Source of the DNA: Cenococcum geophilum
Lineage: Eukaryota
Assembly: GCA_050273025.1 (NCBI GenBank)
Contig: CP158635.1
Location: 4,712,001 to 4,776,000 of the forward strand
Direction of reading: 5' to 3'
DNA: 64,000 nucleotides
A program made the translations under genes and the position numbers. Positions 1 to 12,524 of the stretch are shown piece by piece. The notes under the pieces are model-generated. The model saw only the letters and a list, made by a program, of their open reading frames with translations, made no database searches and was not told the origin of the DNA. Every line of letters starts with the position of its first letter. The stretch's first letter is position 1.

Positions 1-77
1 CCGTTAACTACATTACTAGAAAAGTAAAGATAGATATAGTAGAAGTATATAATTATTTACTTTAAAAAGTTCCAAAA

Positions 78-100
78 ATGCTAAGACTATCTAGCGCCAA
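78..100 (+). repeat. Left arm of a 23-bp inverted repeat flanking the ankyrin gene
   Basis: ATGCTAAGACTATCTAGCGCCAA versus the reverse complement of 3296-3318 (ATGCTAAGACTGCCTGGCGCCAA): 20/23 identical, and all three differences are transitions. Confidence 0.75.
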
Positions 101-347
101 TCTATCTGCGGAAGGAATACGTAAATCAAGGCGTCAAACCTAACGAATAAGCTTCCGCTTTACGACGGTAAGTCTATTATGCCGTAGAAGTCCAATCACT
201 GATTGTCGACCCTTCTGTGACTGGACACGTCGACCCTGCGAAACTAGGCGTAGCACATCGCCCGATTACATGGCTTCATTTCATTTGCCTAATTCCGCTG
301 CCTGAAAAGCGTCCTAGCTCTTCTTGAATCTCAACATAATCCTCGAG

Positions 348-2996
348 ATGGATCCCTTTTCAGCGTTAGCAAGCATTGTCGGCGTTGCGGACGTAGCTGC
401 GCGGGCCTCTACTACAATTTGGAAAGTGATAAATGAATGGCGAGATGCACCAGCTCAGCTAGGAGAATTACAGGAAGAGATCCGTGAGTCGCGTCGACTT
501 CTTGACCATCTCCAAATGGTATGCGAAGCGGCTAGCAATCAATCACCAGATGCATCGACGGATATCTTCAAAGAGCTCATCGCTACACAGCTTCTCAAAG
601 CGAAGTCGGCCTGGACCGATTTAGAAGGAATCTTGAACTCGGTCTTGCCGCTCCCTGCGGCTGGTAGGACTCGCATTCGCAAGGATAAGTGGATGACCCA
701 AAAAGGAAAAGCACTGCGCTTGCAAGGCGTCCTGAAGGAGGTCCGCTCGCAGATACTGGTTGCTCTAAGTCTTCAGGGAATGTATGGATGTGAAGTTTCT
801 GTGTTTGTCGCTCTTGGGTTTTTCTGACACCCTTAGTTCACATGACCTTCAGGCAAATTCAACGTCGCTCCACCGACATGATGAAACAATCGCGCGATTG
901 GGGTCTACATCGGTCCATTTGACCACTCTCTCAACCCAAATAGAGACACTTCAGTGAGTTCACCTGTCGAAAGGCCTTCAAGGTACGGGCTGGTGATATC
1001 GAAAAAATCCCCCAAAATCCTCGGTGTTCTGTCTGCTTTCTCTCATTGGCACCCCGGGCGCTTGCATTGGCAGTAAGAAGCCGAGTATTTGCGGTGATTT
1101 GGCTGTTCATACACGTTACTAGCGGACTTCGTAAAATCCAACTTGGACGCCCGCTATGTCCGCGTCCGACCACCTAGAATCGCATTATACACTGACTCTT
1201 GCACAGGCTTCAGAGCGCTGACACAAGGGCCATCGTTCGAAATCATCATAATGCCACGATAGCTGGCTTCGAAACAATGTCGACTCGTTTTGCTGAAATA
1301 TCGGCAATCTTGCAAATAGTCTTGCAGAATCAAAATCGCATTGCTTTATCATCGAGTCCTCCAGCAGCCCGGTCAAGTCTTGCCCAATCTGTGGTCCGAA
1401 CCGAGAACAATTTGGAACCAGCATCTTGGAATCAGCGGTGTCGCGAAAACTCGAGCTCCTTCAGATTTGATCGGAGAGCACTTTGCAATTGCGACTGCAA
1501 GTGCCACTGTCACGCACACAGAAATATTTCTCGAATTCAGATTTCAGCCTTGAAACGTTTCGCTGGCACCCTGTCCGTGACCGTTTCGGGAATATCATTT
1601 GGTGGACTCATCGCGTGCAATGACCCCACTTGTCGCAGAGCTAGCATTAAGTCCTTCGAGCTCTTGTACTCTTTCCCGGCGTGGCTGATGAACTTATCCA
1701 TCTTCATGTTCTTCACCTCGTCCTACGCTGGTCCCACAGTGGGTCTAGGACTACGGCGGAGAGTAAGGTGGGTCACTGAAACAGGGGTGCGCAGCATGCA
1801 CTGGTATGTAGATCGGGGAGACATGTCGGCAGTCAAAACAATGCTTGAACAGCACAGAGAATCCGTGCAAGATGTCGAAATCGGCTTAGGACGATCGGTG
1901 CTGCACCATGCGCTGAGCCACGGCCACACAGAAGTAACCAAACTTCTCCTCGCGGCCGGTGCAGACCCATTCATGGAGGATGACTACGGGCGGCCAGCGA
2001 TTCAACTTGCGGCACGTTCATTGATCAGACATACTCACTCCCCGAGCCGCCATCAAGAGCTCCAGGATATGCTGCCCTGGTGGACATATGTTGAAGAGTG
2101 TGACTTTTCACATATACACCGAGTGGTCCTTGGACTCCGGCCGCTGACTCTACAGGAAGAACTCAGGACTCCTGTCTACCGCGCACAAATTCATCTCAAA
2201 GATAACACTGGATCAACCCCGCTGCACTGGGCTGTCTACAGGAACGACTTCGTCAGCGTGCAAGCTCTGCTCCAGGCTGGTGCGGATTTGAACGTGATCG
2301 ATAACGGTGGCTACACACCACTGCTGCTAGCTTGTCGAATCAATGCACTGCAATGCGCCCGAGTGCTTCTCGAAGCTGGAGCTGACATTCACTTATACAA
2401 CCGTCACGGACACTGCCCCGTCCACGAGGCGACTCTCATGGGCGACGCCGCTCTTCTATCTTTGCTTCTTTCATATGGAGCTGACGTTAACGCCCGGAGA
2501 CCGCCACTGATGTGCAGCGCACTCGGGTTCGCCGCTGAACATAAGAACGCGGGTGCGGTTGCATTCCTGCTATCGCATGGCGCGAACATCAACGGTCAAG
2601 ACAACGCGGGAGACAGCGTTGCATCTCGCTCTGAGACTGAACGCTCACGAGTGTCTGGAACTCCTCTTACGCGATGGCGCAGATTGCACAACGGTGAACA
2701 AAAACGGTTTCACTGTGCTACACGAGGTGGCTTTGAATCTTGATGCCAAGATTGCAGATATTATGGCGCGAGCGAACCTGAAGGGAGTCGATGCAGTCGC
2801 TCGAGATGCCAAAGGAAGAACTGCGCATGATCTCCTCGATAGGAGGGTCGACATACCGCATGACTTTCGCATTTCGTTCGCTAAGCTTAGGGAGGCCGCG
2901 AGGATTGCAAACGCATATCGAAAAACGGGAATTGAGGGTGACAGTGACAGTGACGACGAGTTTGTCGATGCTAGGGAGACGATTGAGCAAGAATGA
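348..2996 (+). CDS. HeLo-like/fungal STAND N-terminal domain + Cys/His-rich linker + ankyrin-repeat protein (NLR-related architecture without NACHT). Exons 348-781, 837-953, 1207-2996; frameshift near 2610-2615 (possible pseudogene or sequencing error)
   Basis: ATG at 348 gives MDPFSALASIVGVADVAARASTTIWKVINEWRDAPAQL, the typical MDP(L/F)S...DAP helical N-terminus. Intron 782-836 (GTATGG..CTGAC..TAG) and intron 954-1206 (GTGAGT..CTGAC..CAG) splice in frame into ORF 1199-2743. The linker contains CNCDCKCHCH. Ankyrin motifs: GRSVLHHA, GSTPLHWA, GYTPLLLA, GHCPVHEA; the repeats continue in another frame (ETALHLA, GFTVLHEV, GRTAHDL) to TGA at 2994-2996. Confidence 0.85.
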
Positions 2997-3295
2997 CATG
3001 TACTTAGCCTCTTCGAAACTTGTCGATAGTATCAAGTATAGTGGATTGACTCCTTCACCCCAGCCAGTTAGAGCCAAGAGAGACTAGTTTAAACAGTTAT
3101 AGCCTTCGAGTGACCTGTCGAAAGCTCTGCTATATTCTGGAGGGCGCCGACCACTCACGAGCGTGGTCCAGATCTTAGTGAGAGGAGCGAACCATTCCCC
3201 AGGTAACCTGTTGGCCAAGCTATGCTTATGCCACGGAGCTTGACCGAAGCAAGAGCGATGTCGCGCCTGTGCAGCGGAAGGCGCCCTTCTATCCC

Positions 3296-3318
3296 TTGGC
3301 GCCAGGCAGTCTTAGCAT
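3296..3318 (-). repeat. Right arm of the 23-bp inverted repeat flanking the ankyrin gene
   Basis: TTGGCGCCAGGCAGTCTTAGCAT, inverted relative to 78-100; lies at the GC-to-AT transition. Confidence 0.75.
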
Positions 3319-4160
3319 ACTAGAACAAGTCTGCAAATCCTCGATCGACTACTTTTATTAATACTTTTATTATATAGAAATAATATATACACACTCATTC
3401 AAGGTTTATTATAGAAATTAATTTATTATTTAAATTTTTAATAAATTTTTAGTTTTAATTATGTCTATACAAACGGCTATAATATAATCGCCCGCTAAAG
3501 AACCCTGATTAAATAGCACGCCCTTTAGAAATACATCCTATTGTAGTAGTGTGATTTGGCCTCCTCGATTTAACATCTAGATTGTGCGTAGCTTCGAGAG
3601 AGTACAGGTGTCGGGAATGAGGCAAGCGATCGTCACATGCCGCCGCGGCGCTAGCGTGGCGAGGAGCCTTAGGCTCCTCACCCTTCCTTATTCCAATCAA
3701 TAAGCTTTATCAACTAACATCACTATAACCTACTCAAGTAGTCGTTATTAGTGAGTCACCCTATATAACTAATACTAATCAGCGGTTAAATATACAGTTA
3801 ACTATAGAGCAGCTAGGTTTTTAAATAGAAGAGACAGTCTTATATAGGGGTGCTATATACGCTTATATAGAATGGATCCCGGCAATACTATACTACCTTA
3901 GACTTACGGAAAACTAGTAATAGAAGTATTACTAAGTACTAGGAGATACTAAGTTGCGTCTATTATATAGAACAACCACGTTTATAAAGATTTAGTTAAG
4001 TACTTTAGATTAGAAGTATTACTAAACCTAAGGTCCTAACTTAATAACCAAAACGCGTTAAATAACCACGTTTATAAAGATTTAATTAAGTACTTTAGGT
4101 TAGAAGTATTACTAAACCTAGGGTCCTAAGTTAATGTCTAAAACGCGTTAAATAACTACC

Positions 4161-7100
4161 TATAAGGGCGCGGAGAGACTTTAGAGAAGATTTGAAGGAA
4201 CGATATAAATTCTATCTAAATCTAAGGGTATATAGCTCTCGCTAAGAACAAGACGTTGCGTAAAGAAGAGAAAGGAATAATAAGAGAATTATATAATTAA
4301 ATAGTTAGGGGCTTGGTGGTTAATGCGTGCGCATATATATACGCGGTTTTTAACAGACTTTAGTAATTTAATTAATCTGGCAGATTTTAGTTAAAGCGTC
4401 GGAATTTATCTGTTAAGTGTTTTACTAAGACATTCCTACTATAACTGGGCTAGTCCTGTTATAGTACCCCCCCTTTTAGCCGAAGGTTTAAATAATTTAA
4501 TTTTAGTTAAGACTTATAACTTATCGCGTGTTATGTTTTCGCGTTGGGTAGCAGTATAGGGTTTTGCCAATTCTATCGTTAAATAGACTAATTAGGATTT
4601 TCTATCCCCGGGATAGAAAATCGCTATTAGCTTAGTTAAGGCGGTAAGTAGAACTAATATTTTTATAGTAGGTCTTAGTAAGGCGGATCTAACTAATTAG
4701 ACAACTTTAATAGGTGGTTAAAGTTCCTTAACATCTTACGTATTATATAATTGTATTATAGGATGCAGAGGATATAAGTGGATACCAGCCCTTTCAAAGC
4801 CTAGAGGACTGGTAAAAGAATAAGGGTAAAAGGATAAGGAAAGAAGGGGGCAGAGTGAGATTGTCCACGAAGCGCGGCCAGTTGGCTTAATATGCAGACT
4901 TGAAGGCAGGTAGAAGGCGAGCCGCCGGCGCTCCGATGTCGGAACGCTGCCATCTCTCCAGCGCGGCCCGAGGTGGGGTTTTCTCTAAGTTAGAGTTTTT
5001 CCTATAGAAGGTATTAGCCTGCGTGGACCCACTAGGGGGACCGGGACGGGCGGTAAATTGAATTTATTATTAATTGTATTATAAATATCGTAACGTATTT
5101 TAAGTCTTTTTTAATTTTAAGCTTCCTGCTATTATGTTTTATATATTCGTGTTAGGTAGTAATTATTTTCTTTTATATTATATCTATCTAGCCGGAGTAG
5201 GCCGCGAAGGATAGTCCTTATAGAATTCTTTTACTAGGGAAGGCGTATTAGTTTTAATCTAGTTATATGTTTCCTAAGTTTATATTTTATATCCTTCCTA
5301 TTTAACGAGAAGTTTAAATTATTTAGATTATGTCTTCTATTATATATTGTTAATTAAGTTAATTAAGTAAGAACTATTACCGTTGTTAACAATTATGGGA
5401 GGTAGCGGTGGTACTTTGTAAGTTATAGGTTTACCCTTTAAGGGTTATAGTAAGTTTACGTAAAACATTAGATGTATTTTTATCTTAGTTAGTAGTTTAA
5501 GTTTATAAGCGTACGGGCTTAGTTTCTTCTTAACTTGGTATAGACCCGTAAACTTCTAGTCTAGTTTCTTTAAAGGTAGTTAAGTCTTTAGGTTTTATAT
5601 ATTTAGGTAAACTATATTACCTTCCTTAAAGTCCTACGCGGGAGCTCGTCCTTTATTTACATGCTATTCCTATACTATTTAAGTATACGCTAATTTACTT
5701 TATAATAGTTCCGTTAACTGCTTTATTTAATTAACGAAGTTATATACGTTAATTAGTTAAATCCTCTTAATTATTGGTCCTATTATATTGATTTTAGGTT
5801 ATAGTTTAAATCTAAGTTAAGGGTCTTATCCGTAGGTTACGTAGAACGGCGTTACGCCTATTAATTCGTTTCTTGTATTATTTGCAGTAAACTTAGCTAA
5901 TAGTAGCCATTTCTCCCAGTTGTTTTATAGGTAGGAGCAGTATATTTATAGGTATTGTTCTATAATCGCGTTTACAATTTCGGTTTAACTATCTATCTCT
6001 AAATAAAATGTAGTTAAGAGTTGTATTTGTATACTTAATTGTTTATATAGGGCTTACTAGAAGTCTAAAACGAACTAACTTCCGCGGTTGAATATTATTA
6101 AATTAGGAAGTCCGTATAGCTTAAAGATGTACTTAATAAAACATTTAGCTACTAATATTGCATTAATTGCGTCTATAGGAATTATATGTCGCATTTTCGT
6201 AAAACGGTTAATAACTACTATAATATTTGTAAACCTATTACTATTAGGTAGGTCAACTATAAAGTTAATTAAGATATCTCGCTATCTTTATATTAGAATT
6301 GGCAACGGTTAAAGTACTTCTTGCTTCTTTATATAAGAGGTCTTCCTACGCACGCATATTCTATATACTCAAACTTATTTTTGTATATAGTTGTATATTA
6401 TAGGCCAGTAGTATACTTATTAGATAATTTTATAGGTCTTTATACGGCCAGGATGCCCTATTATAGGGGAATCGTATATAAATTCGAGTATCTTAAATCG
6501 TAAGGGTTTAGAATTTGGGACTACTATCTTCTATTAATAGTATAACCGATTATTACGGATTTCGCATTTAGTGAGTGTAATATTCTTATATTGCTGTTTC
6601 CTTATTTAAATCGCTTTTATTATATCTACTATCTAGGGGTTGTTTTTATATTTATGTTCTATTAATTTATTAATTTCTATATCCTACTTATCGATTTCTA
6701 ATTTATTCCTATTAAGCTCCGCGTCTAGGAATATAGAGCGTAGTTTCTTAAAGTGTTTAGGGAGCAGTAGAATTTGTGATTAATTTATAATCCGTTTGTT
6801 AGAGGCGTTTATAGGTAAGTTCTATAATTATTATATTAATAAGTTAGGCTTTTGGTTAAGTTTGCTAGGTTAGTATATAATCTTAAAGTCGAATTATAAA
6901 AGGTATTCGGCCTAATAAATTTGGCGCTACGTTAATTGCTTTATAGTTATAAAGTACTATAGGTTTTTATAGTCCGTTAATACGCGTATTAGAAATAATG
7001 ATCCTTTAAGTTCTAGGCGCCATTATTTGAAGTATCTAATAATTATAAGTAGTTCCTTATTATATATCTTATAGTTCAATTTAGTAGGGGTAAATTTCCG

Positions 7101-10100
7101 GAAGAGGAAGGCTACTAGGCGTAGTTTGTTATTTTTATTGTACTGCGATAATACCCCTCCTAGTGCATAATTAGACGAGTCTGTTTTAATAATGCATTTA
7201 AGGTCCAGATTAAAGTAGGTAAGAATTAAAGCAGTTATAAAATAATATTTTAGGTTATTAAAAGCTTGTTTATATTTAGTAGTCTATTTAAATCTTATAT
7301 TCTTCCTTATTAAGTTTACTAATAGCTAAATAATTTTTAAGAAGTGATTAATAAATCGACGGTAGAAATTTGTAAATCCTAGAAATCCTTAGATGTCTTA
7401 TATACTACTAGGACTTTCCTAGTTTATAATTATAGTGATTTTCTTAGGGTCTATTTTAATTCTGTTATAGGATATAATTAGGCCTAAGTACATGACTTTA
7501 GACGCATGGAACTTGCATTTTTTAATATTGCATTATAAGCCCGCGTCTTATAGGTGTTTAAAAACTATTTAGACGTACTTCTAATGCTTAGAAAGCGAAA
7601 ATAAATAGATTAAGATATACGCGGTAACAAATATATTAAGGAATTCGCGAAGCGTATTATTAATGTATTACTAAAATGTACTAGGACCGTTCTTTACGCC
7701 AAACGGCATTACTAGGTATTTAAAAAGTCCCTATTATATGCGGAAAGCTATATACTTCTTATCTCCTTCGCGAATACGGATTTAATTAAAGGCAGCAACT
7801 ACGTCGAGCTTTATAAAGTATTGTGCTTTCGCTAAGCGGTTAAGTATTTCTTAAAGCAGAGGAATTGGATATTAGTTTCGAATCATAATTATATTTAGAG
7901 CTTAATAATTAACATAGAATCTTAGGCCTTCTCTAGGTTTCTTAACGAATAGTATAAGTAAGGTAAATAGTAATTAACTAGGGCGAATAAATCCTTTCTT
8001 TAGGTGCTCTTTAAGGTATTATTATATTATAAGTAGCTCTTTTTGCGATATACCGTATAACGGGCCGAACTTTAGCGTTATACTAGGTTTAAGTTCTATC
8101 TTAAAATCGTGCTCGTCTTAATATAGGGGTAGTTAGTTTACAAATTGTCTCTTAAACGTATTAATTAAATTATAATATTCTTTAGGTATAAGAGGTTAGG
8201 GGTTAATATATTGCTTCGGTTTTAACGCCTTCTTAATATCTTCTAGTATTATAGTAAAGATCTTATGGTTTTATTTTTTTGCTAATAAATAAAAGGGTGC
8301 GGCTTGTATTATACAAAATTTAAAAGGTTTTAATATATTATCTTTACATTCTTTACCGTAATTGGCAGTTATAACTTTATTATATTAGCTTGAGGTTTAT
8401 AGTAAAGGCAATTTATATTATATTATATTTAAATAGTTATATATATATTTATAGGGTAAGTGGTATTTTAAGTAATAACTTTAGCAGTAGGTTGTACGGG
8501 ATTTTAGTATTTCTTTAACCTAGCTAATTAAAGGGTTATATTATTTTAGCTATCTATATTTAAGTATTACCTTATAATACTTTAAGGGTGTTATAAATAG
8601 GGAAATATATTTAAGGTATTTATTTATCCGCATCTTTATAAGAGCGTAGTACGTTAGTTCGCCGTATATTAAAGGCTTGCTATTAAAGCCTTATAGGCCT
8701 TAGGGCTTATTAAGTTTCTTTAAATTTAAGTGTTAAGTTTTCGCGTAGTTTATATTAATAAAGCCTATGCTAGTAGCTCCGCTGTCTATAAGGATTTATA
8801 CTTCCTTCCATTTTCTAAGTATTTAAATTTTACTAAGTATATTAAGGGAGTTATGTTATATATTAGCGCTAAAAGAGCCTAGATACTTATGCTCTTCTAC
8901 TTCTTATCCTAAGGCGCGACTTAGCCCTAGGATAATTTATTTTCTAAGTTAACTAAAGGTAAGATGCTTTATAGCAACTAAGTATAATTTATAGAATAAG
9001 TGCGACTTAAGGACCGAGAGGAGCTACGGCGGATCTTTTTAAAAGGGTAAGTTTAGCAATCCCTTTTTTTATATATCTAAAACATTCTCTATTTACAGCT
9101 TATATTCTTTATTTATTAATTCCTAAGGGTGTATAGGATTAGGTAGTATTAAGGTCTATAAGGTTATATATAGGGCTTTTAGGTCTTAGAGACGGATCGC
9201 GCTTTAGGGTATATACTAGTTTTATAGAGTTTTAAGCGCGAGGTGTAGTTGGCTTTAGGGAATAAGTCTATTTATTATATTAAAGGTCCTTATTAATTCG
9301 TTAACATATTATAGCAAATTTGGGTAAGTCCTTTAGTAGTTCTCTACCTACTAACTGTGCTCTAATTTTATCTAAAATAGCTTAGTGGAGAGTAGCAACT
9401 CTAGCGGCTTTATTCTAATTTAGTTTACTAATAAGGCCTAAAAATTCCGAAAAGAAGCTAGTAAAGTCTTAGTTCCGTTATTATAGGTTTTTAAGTTTAG
9501 TAACAGCTATATATTTATAGCTGGCGTTATTATATATTTATTCTAGTAGAGAGATAAAGATTTTAAAATTAATAAAGGGGCCGTTATGGAAGAATGGGTC
9601 TATAGTTTATATAGCGTCTTTATTTAAACGGGATATTCTATAGCTAATCTTACTAGCTTTAATAGGGTATTAGTTATAGTTTATTAAAAGTTTAAGACGG
9701 AGCTTAGTTATAAAGGGACATAGGTTATTTTAATTTTTATTAAACATTAGAGGGTTAGGGAGCTTTTTAGATTTTATAGTAGGTACTAGGTTTATTATAG
9801 GTATAGGTTAAGCTACTATTACTAATTCGGGGTTTATATTTAATGGGTTAGGTTTATATATAGTTATTTTAATTTTATTTACAGGTATTGCTATTAGGGT
9901 CTTTAACGCGAGTACTTTAGCGTTATAGAGTTCTTTGCGTATTACTTTAATTAATTACTAATACTAAGCTTCTAGTATAGTTTGTTACTAGGCTAAGGCG
10001 TCCATAAAGGACTGTTATATTATAGTTATTTATTCCCTAACTAGGGCCATAATGGTTAACGTGGCGGATTTAAGTTCGTTTACTATTTTAAGGGTATTAG

Positions 10101-10419
10101 TATTAATATAACGTAATATAAGGGCGCGGAGAGACTTTAGGGAAGATTTAAAGGAATAATATAAATTCTATCTAAATCTAAGGGTATATAGCTCTTGCTA
10201 AGAATAAGACGTTGCGTAAAGAAGAGAAAGGAATAATAAGAGAATTATATAATTAAATAGTTAGGGGCTTAGTGGTCAATGCGTGCGTATATACGCACGC
10301 GGTCTTTAACGGACTTCGGTAATTTGATTGATCTAGCAGATTTTGGTTAAAGCGTCGGAATTTATCTGTCGAGTGTTTTACCGAGACATTCCTACTGTAA
10401 CTGGGCTAGTCCCGTTATA
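4161..10419 (-). mobile_element. Ty3/Gypsy chromovirus G1 (complete, RIP-inactivated), inserted in the gag of A1
   Basis: ~303-bp LTRs at 4161-4463 and 10117-10419. Perfect TSD CTACC (4156-4160, 10420-10424). Minus-strand polypurine tract at ~4465-4480. Minus-strand gag (~9000-10050, zinc knuckle ~9050-9090), protease DSGA (~8780), RT MPFGVKNGP (~7685-7710), RNase H (~7180), integrase (~5850-6450), chromodomain LVKWEGY-like (~5290-5320). Confidence 0.93.
4588..4634. promoter_or_regulatory. Palindromic motif GATTTTCTATCCC-C-GGGATAGAAAATC with CCAAT-like flanks, also present in Copia 3' UTRs
   Basis: 13-bp perfect inverted arms at 4596-4622; the same ~45-bp motif occurs at 18242-18287, 21686-21731 and 54762-54807. 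The regulatory role is inferred. Confidence 0.55.
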
Positions 10420-12524
10420 CTACCTTAACATCCTCTATATACCTTTATAGATCTTAGGATTATAATTAATACCTAAATCCACCTACACATATTTACTATT
10501 ATAACATTACCCTATCTAAAGAAGTATAAGAAGGATATTAACCTAGAAATATAGAATACTAATATAATTAACTTTATAAACGCTAAGCAATAGGACCTAA
10601 ATAGATTCTTATTATACTATATAGTATACTATAAAGATAGTAAATATAATAATACTATACTATAGTACTATATAAGGGAGGACTTTATTAGATAGATAAA
10701 GGAAATATAGACTCCTATAAAGAAGGATATTATATAAGACTTCTATAACTTCTTATAGAAGTATAGAGTGTTTATACCTATAGATAGGGGTACTATTAGA
10801 GATAATATTTAGGAGTAGGTTATTAATATAAAAGAAGAGTATAAATAAACTCTATAAGAGATTAAGTACTAACTATATACTATAAGGAAGCTTAACTTAT
10901 AATAGAATCTAAGTAATATACCTCTAGAGACAAATCTACCTCCGCCTTTAACTCCTCTATATCTAATTTAACCTATTACTTTAATATTAGATACTATACC
11001 CTAACGAGAGTAGGTATAGGATCCCATTGCTTTATAATTTAATAACCTTTAGACTCTACCGACTAGACCTACGTCCCTACTACAGCCTATAATATAACTC
11101 CTACCTTCTCTATCTTAATCTTAAATTAGAGGTAGTTTAAAATTACTTATAGAGCTTGCAAAGCTCTATTTAAATTAGGAGAAAAAGTTTAGCGAGGAAT
11201 TATATAATGTTCCCAATTTAAAACTATATATCTTCTATAACTATTACTAAAAGATAGGAATAGAGTCTAATTAATACTATAACGCCTATTCCGTTATACT
11301 TAAGGGCTAAGCTAGTACCTTCTATTATAATTATTTGGTAGGAAAAAATAGAATTTTAACTATATAATATATAAGTTAGGATACTACTTTAAAATAGAAG
11401 AGAATAAGTAGCAGTATATATTAGAATAGAGAGAGACTACCTTTTTAAGGATTATTACTACAAACCTAGGTATTCCTTGGCTTAATTATCTTTAAAAGCT
11501 CTTTAATTAACTTTAGATAATTTAGTATAGTCTATCTAAATTATATTAAGAGGACTTTAGCCTATATAATTAAGTTATTAGCGTATACTAAGGTGTTAAA
11601 GAATATAACCTTACCCTCTTTAACCCTATAAATACTTATAAAGAAGTATATACTTAATTAAGATCTTTAATTAGTACCGCTCTACGCTCTTAAAAAGTAT
11701 AGTAATTTAACGCCTAACTTTAGTCTACTTTAATTAACCTAAATAACCCGGCTAACTAATATAACTATAACTAGACTAATTAAATATATAGTGGTTATAG
11801 TAAGGACTACGGTAGAGGATATAATTAATATTAACTATAAGGTAACCGTAGAGGTCCTTATAGAAGTTTATTTTAAAGTAATTACTAAAAGAAGTACTAT
11901 ATTTATAAGAAGCTAAATTACTAGTTAACTAGGTACTCTTTTAATAAGTAAAAGGAGGTATATAATAAGTTTTGCTAAAGTATAAGAAATATTAGAAATT
12001 GCGAGGTTACTATAGCCTACTTCTAAAGCTTCCTAGTTTAATATAAAGGTATAGAAGATCTTAAGGGTAAGGTTAACAAAACTAAATAGCTTCTTATAGA
12101 TATAGAAATTAAGGACCACTCTTCTAACTAATACTTTACTAAGTATAGTAAGGTAAATAGCTTATAAACTGTTACTATTCTTAATAACCAATTAACGCTC
12201 TATTCTATCATAAAGTTAGATATCTTTAATAGGCTAAAGGAGAGTTCCGCGTTCTCCTTTAATAATAGATACTTAGCAAATATCTTTTATAGTATTATAC
12301 TAGATACTAGAGCCGCAGGAGTATCTATAGTAGGAGAACCTTAAGTTTAAGCCCTTTAGTAGCTTAATAGCTCTATTTAGATTAACTATTTAATAGTAGG
12401 CTAATATATAATTCGTTTTAGTAAGGGTACTATAATCTCTCTTAGCATAATTAGGGTCTAAACCCCCTTAGGGTATATTACCTTTCACGTTATTCCTATA
12501 AATACCTTATTTCTATTTTATATT

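Noticed and set aside
931..3087. Small alternative-frame and antisense ORFs over the ankyrin gene
   Set aside because: Shadow ORFs of GC-balanced coding or intron sequence. Only 2553-2996 is meaningful, as the frameshifted C-terminus.
3509..3700. Short ORFs at 3509-3700, 18453-18761 and 62965-63174
   Set aside because: They overlap Copia LTRs and cross element boundaries; their mutual similarity simply reflects the LTR repeat.
6088..6503. Short ORFs within retroelements (6088-6503, 13290-13472, 15771-15992, 17087-17329, 57284-57553, 58673-58873)
   Set aside because: These are chance antisense frames or surviving pieces of RIP-broken pol genes (15771-15992 is Copia integrase), not independent genes.
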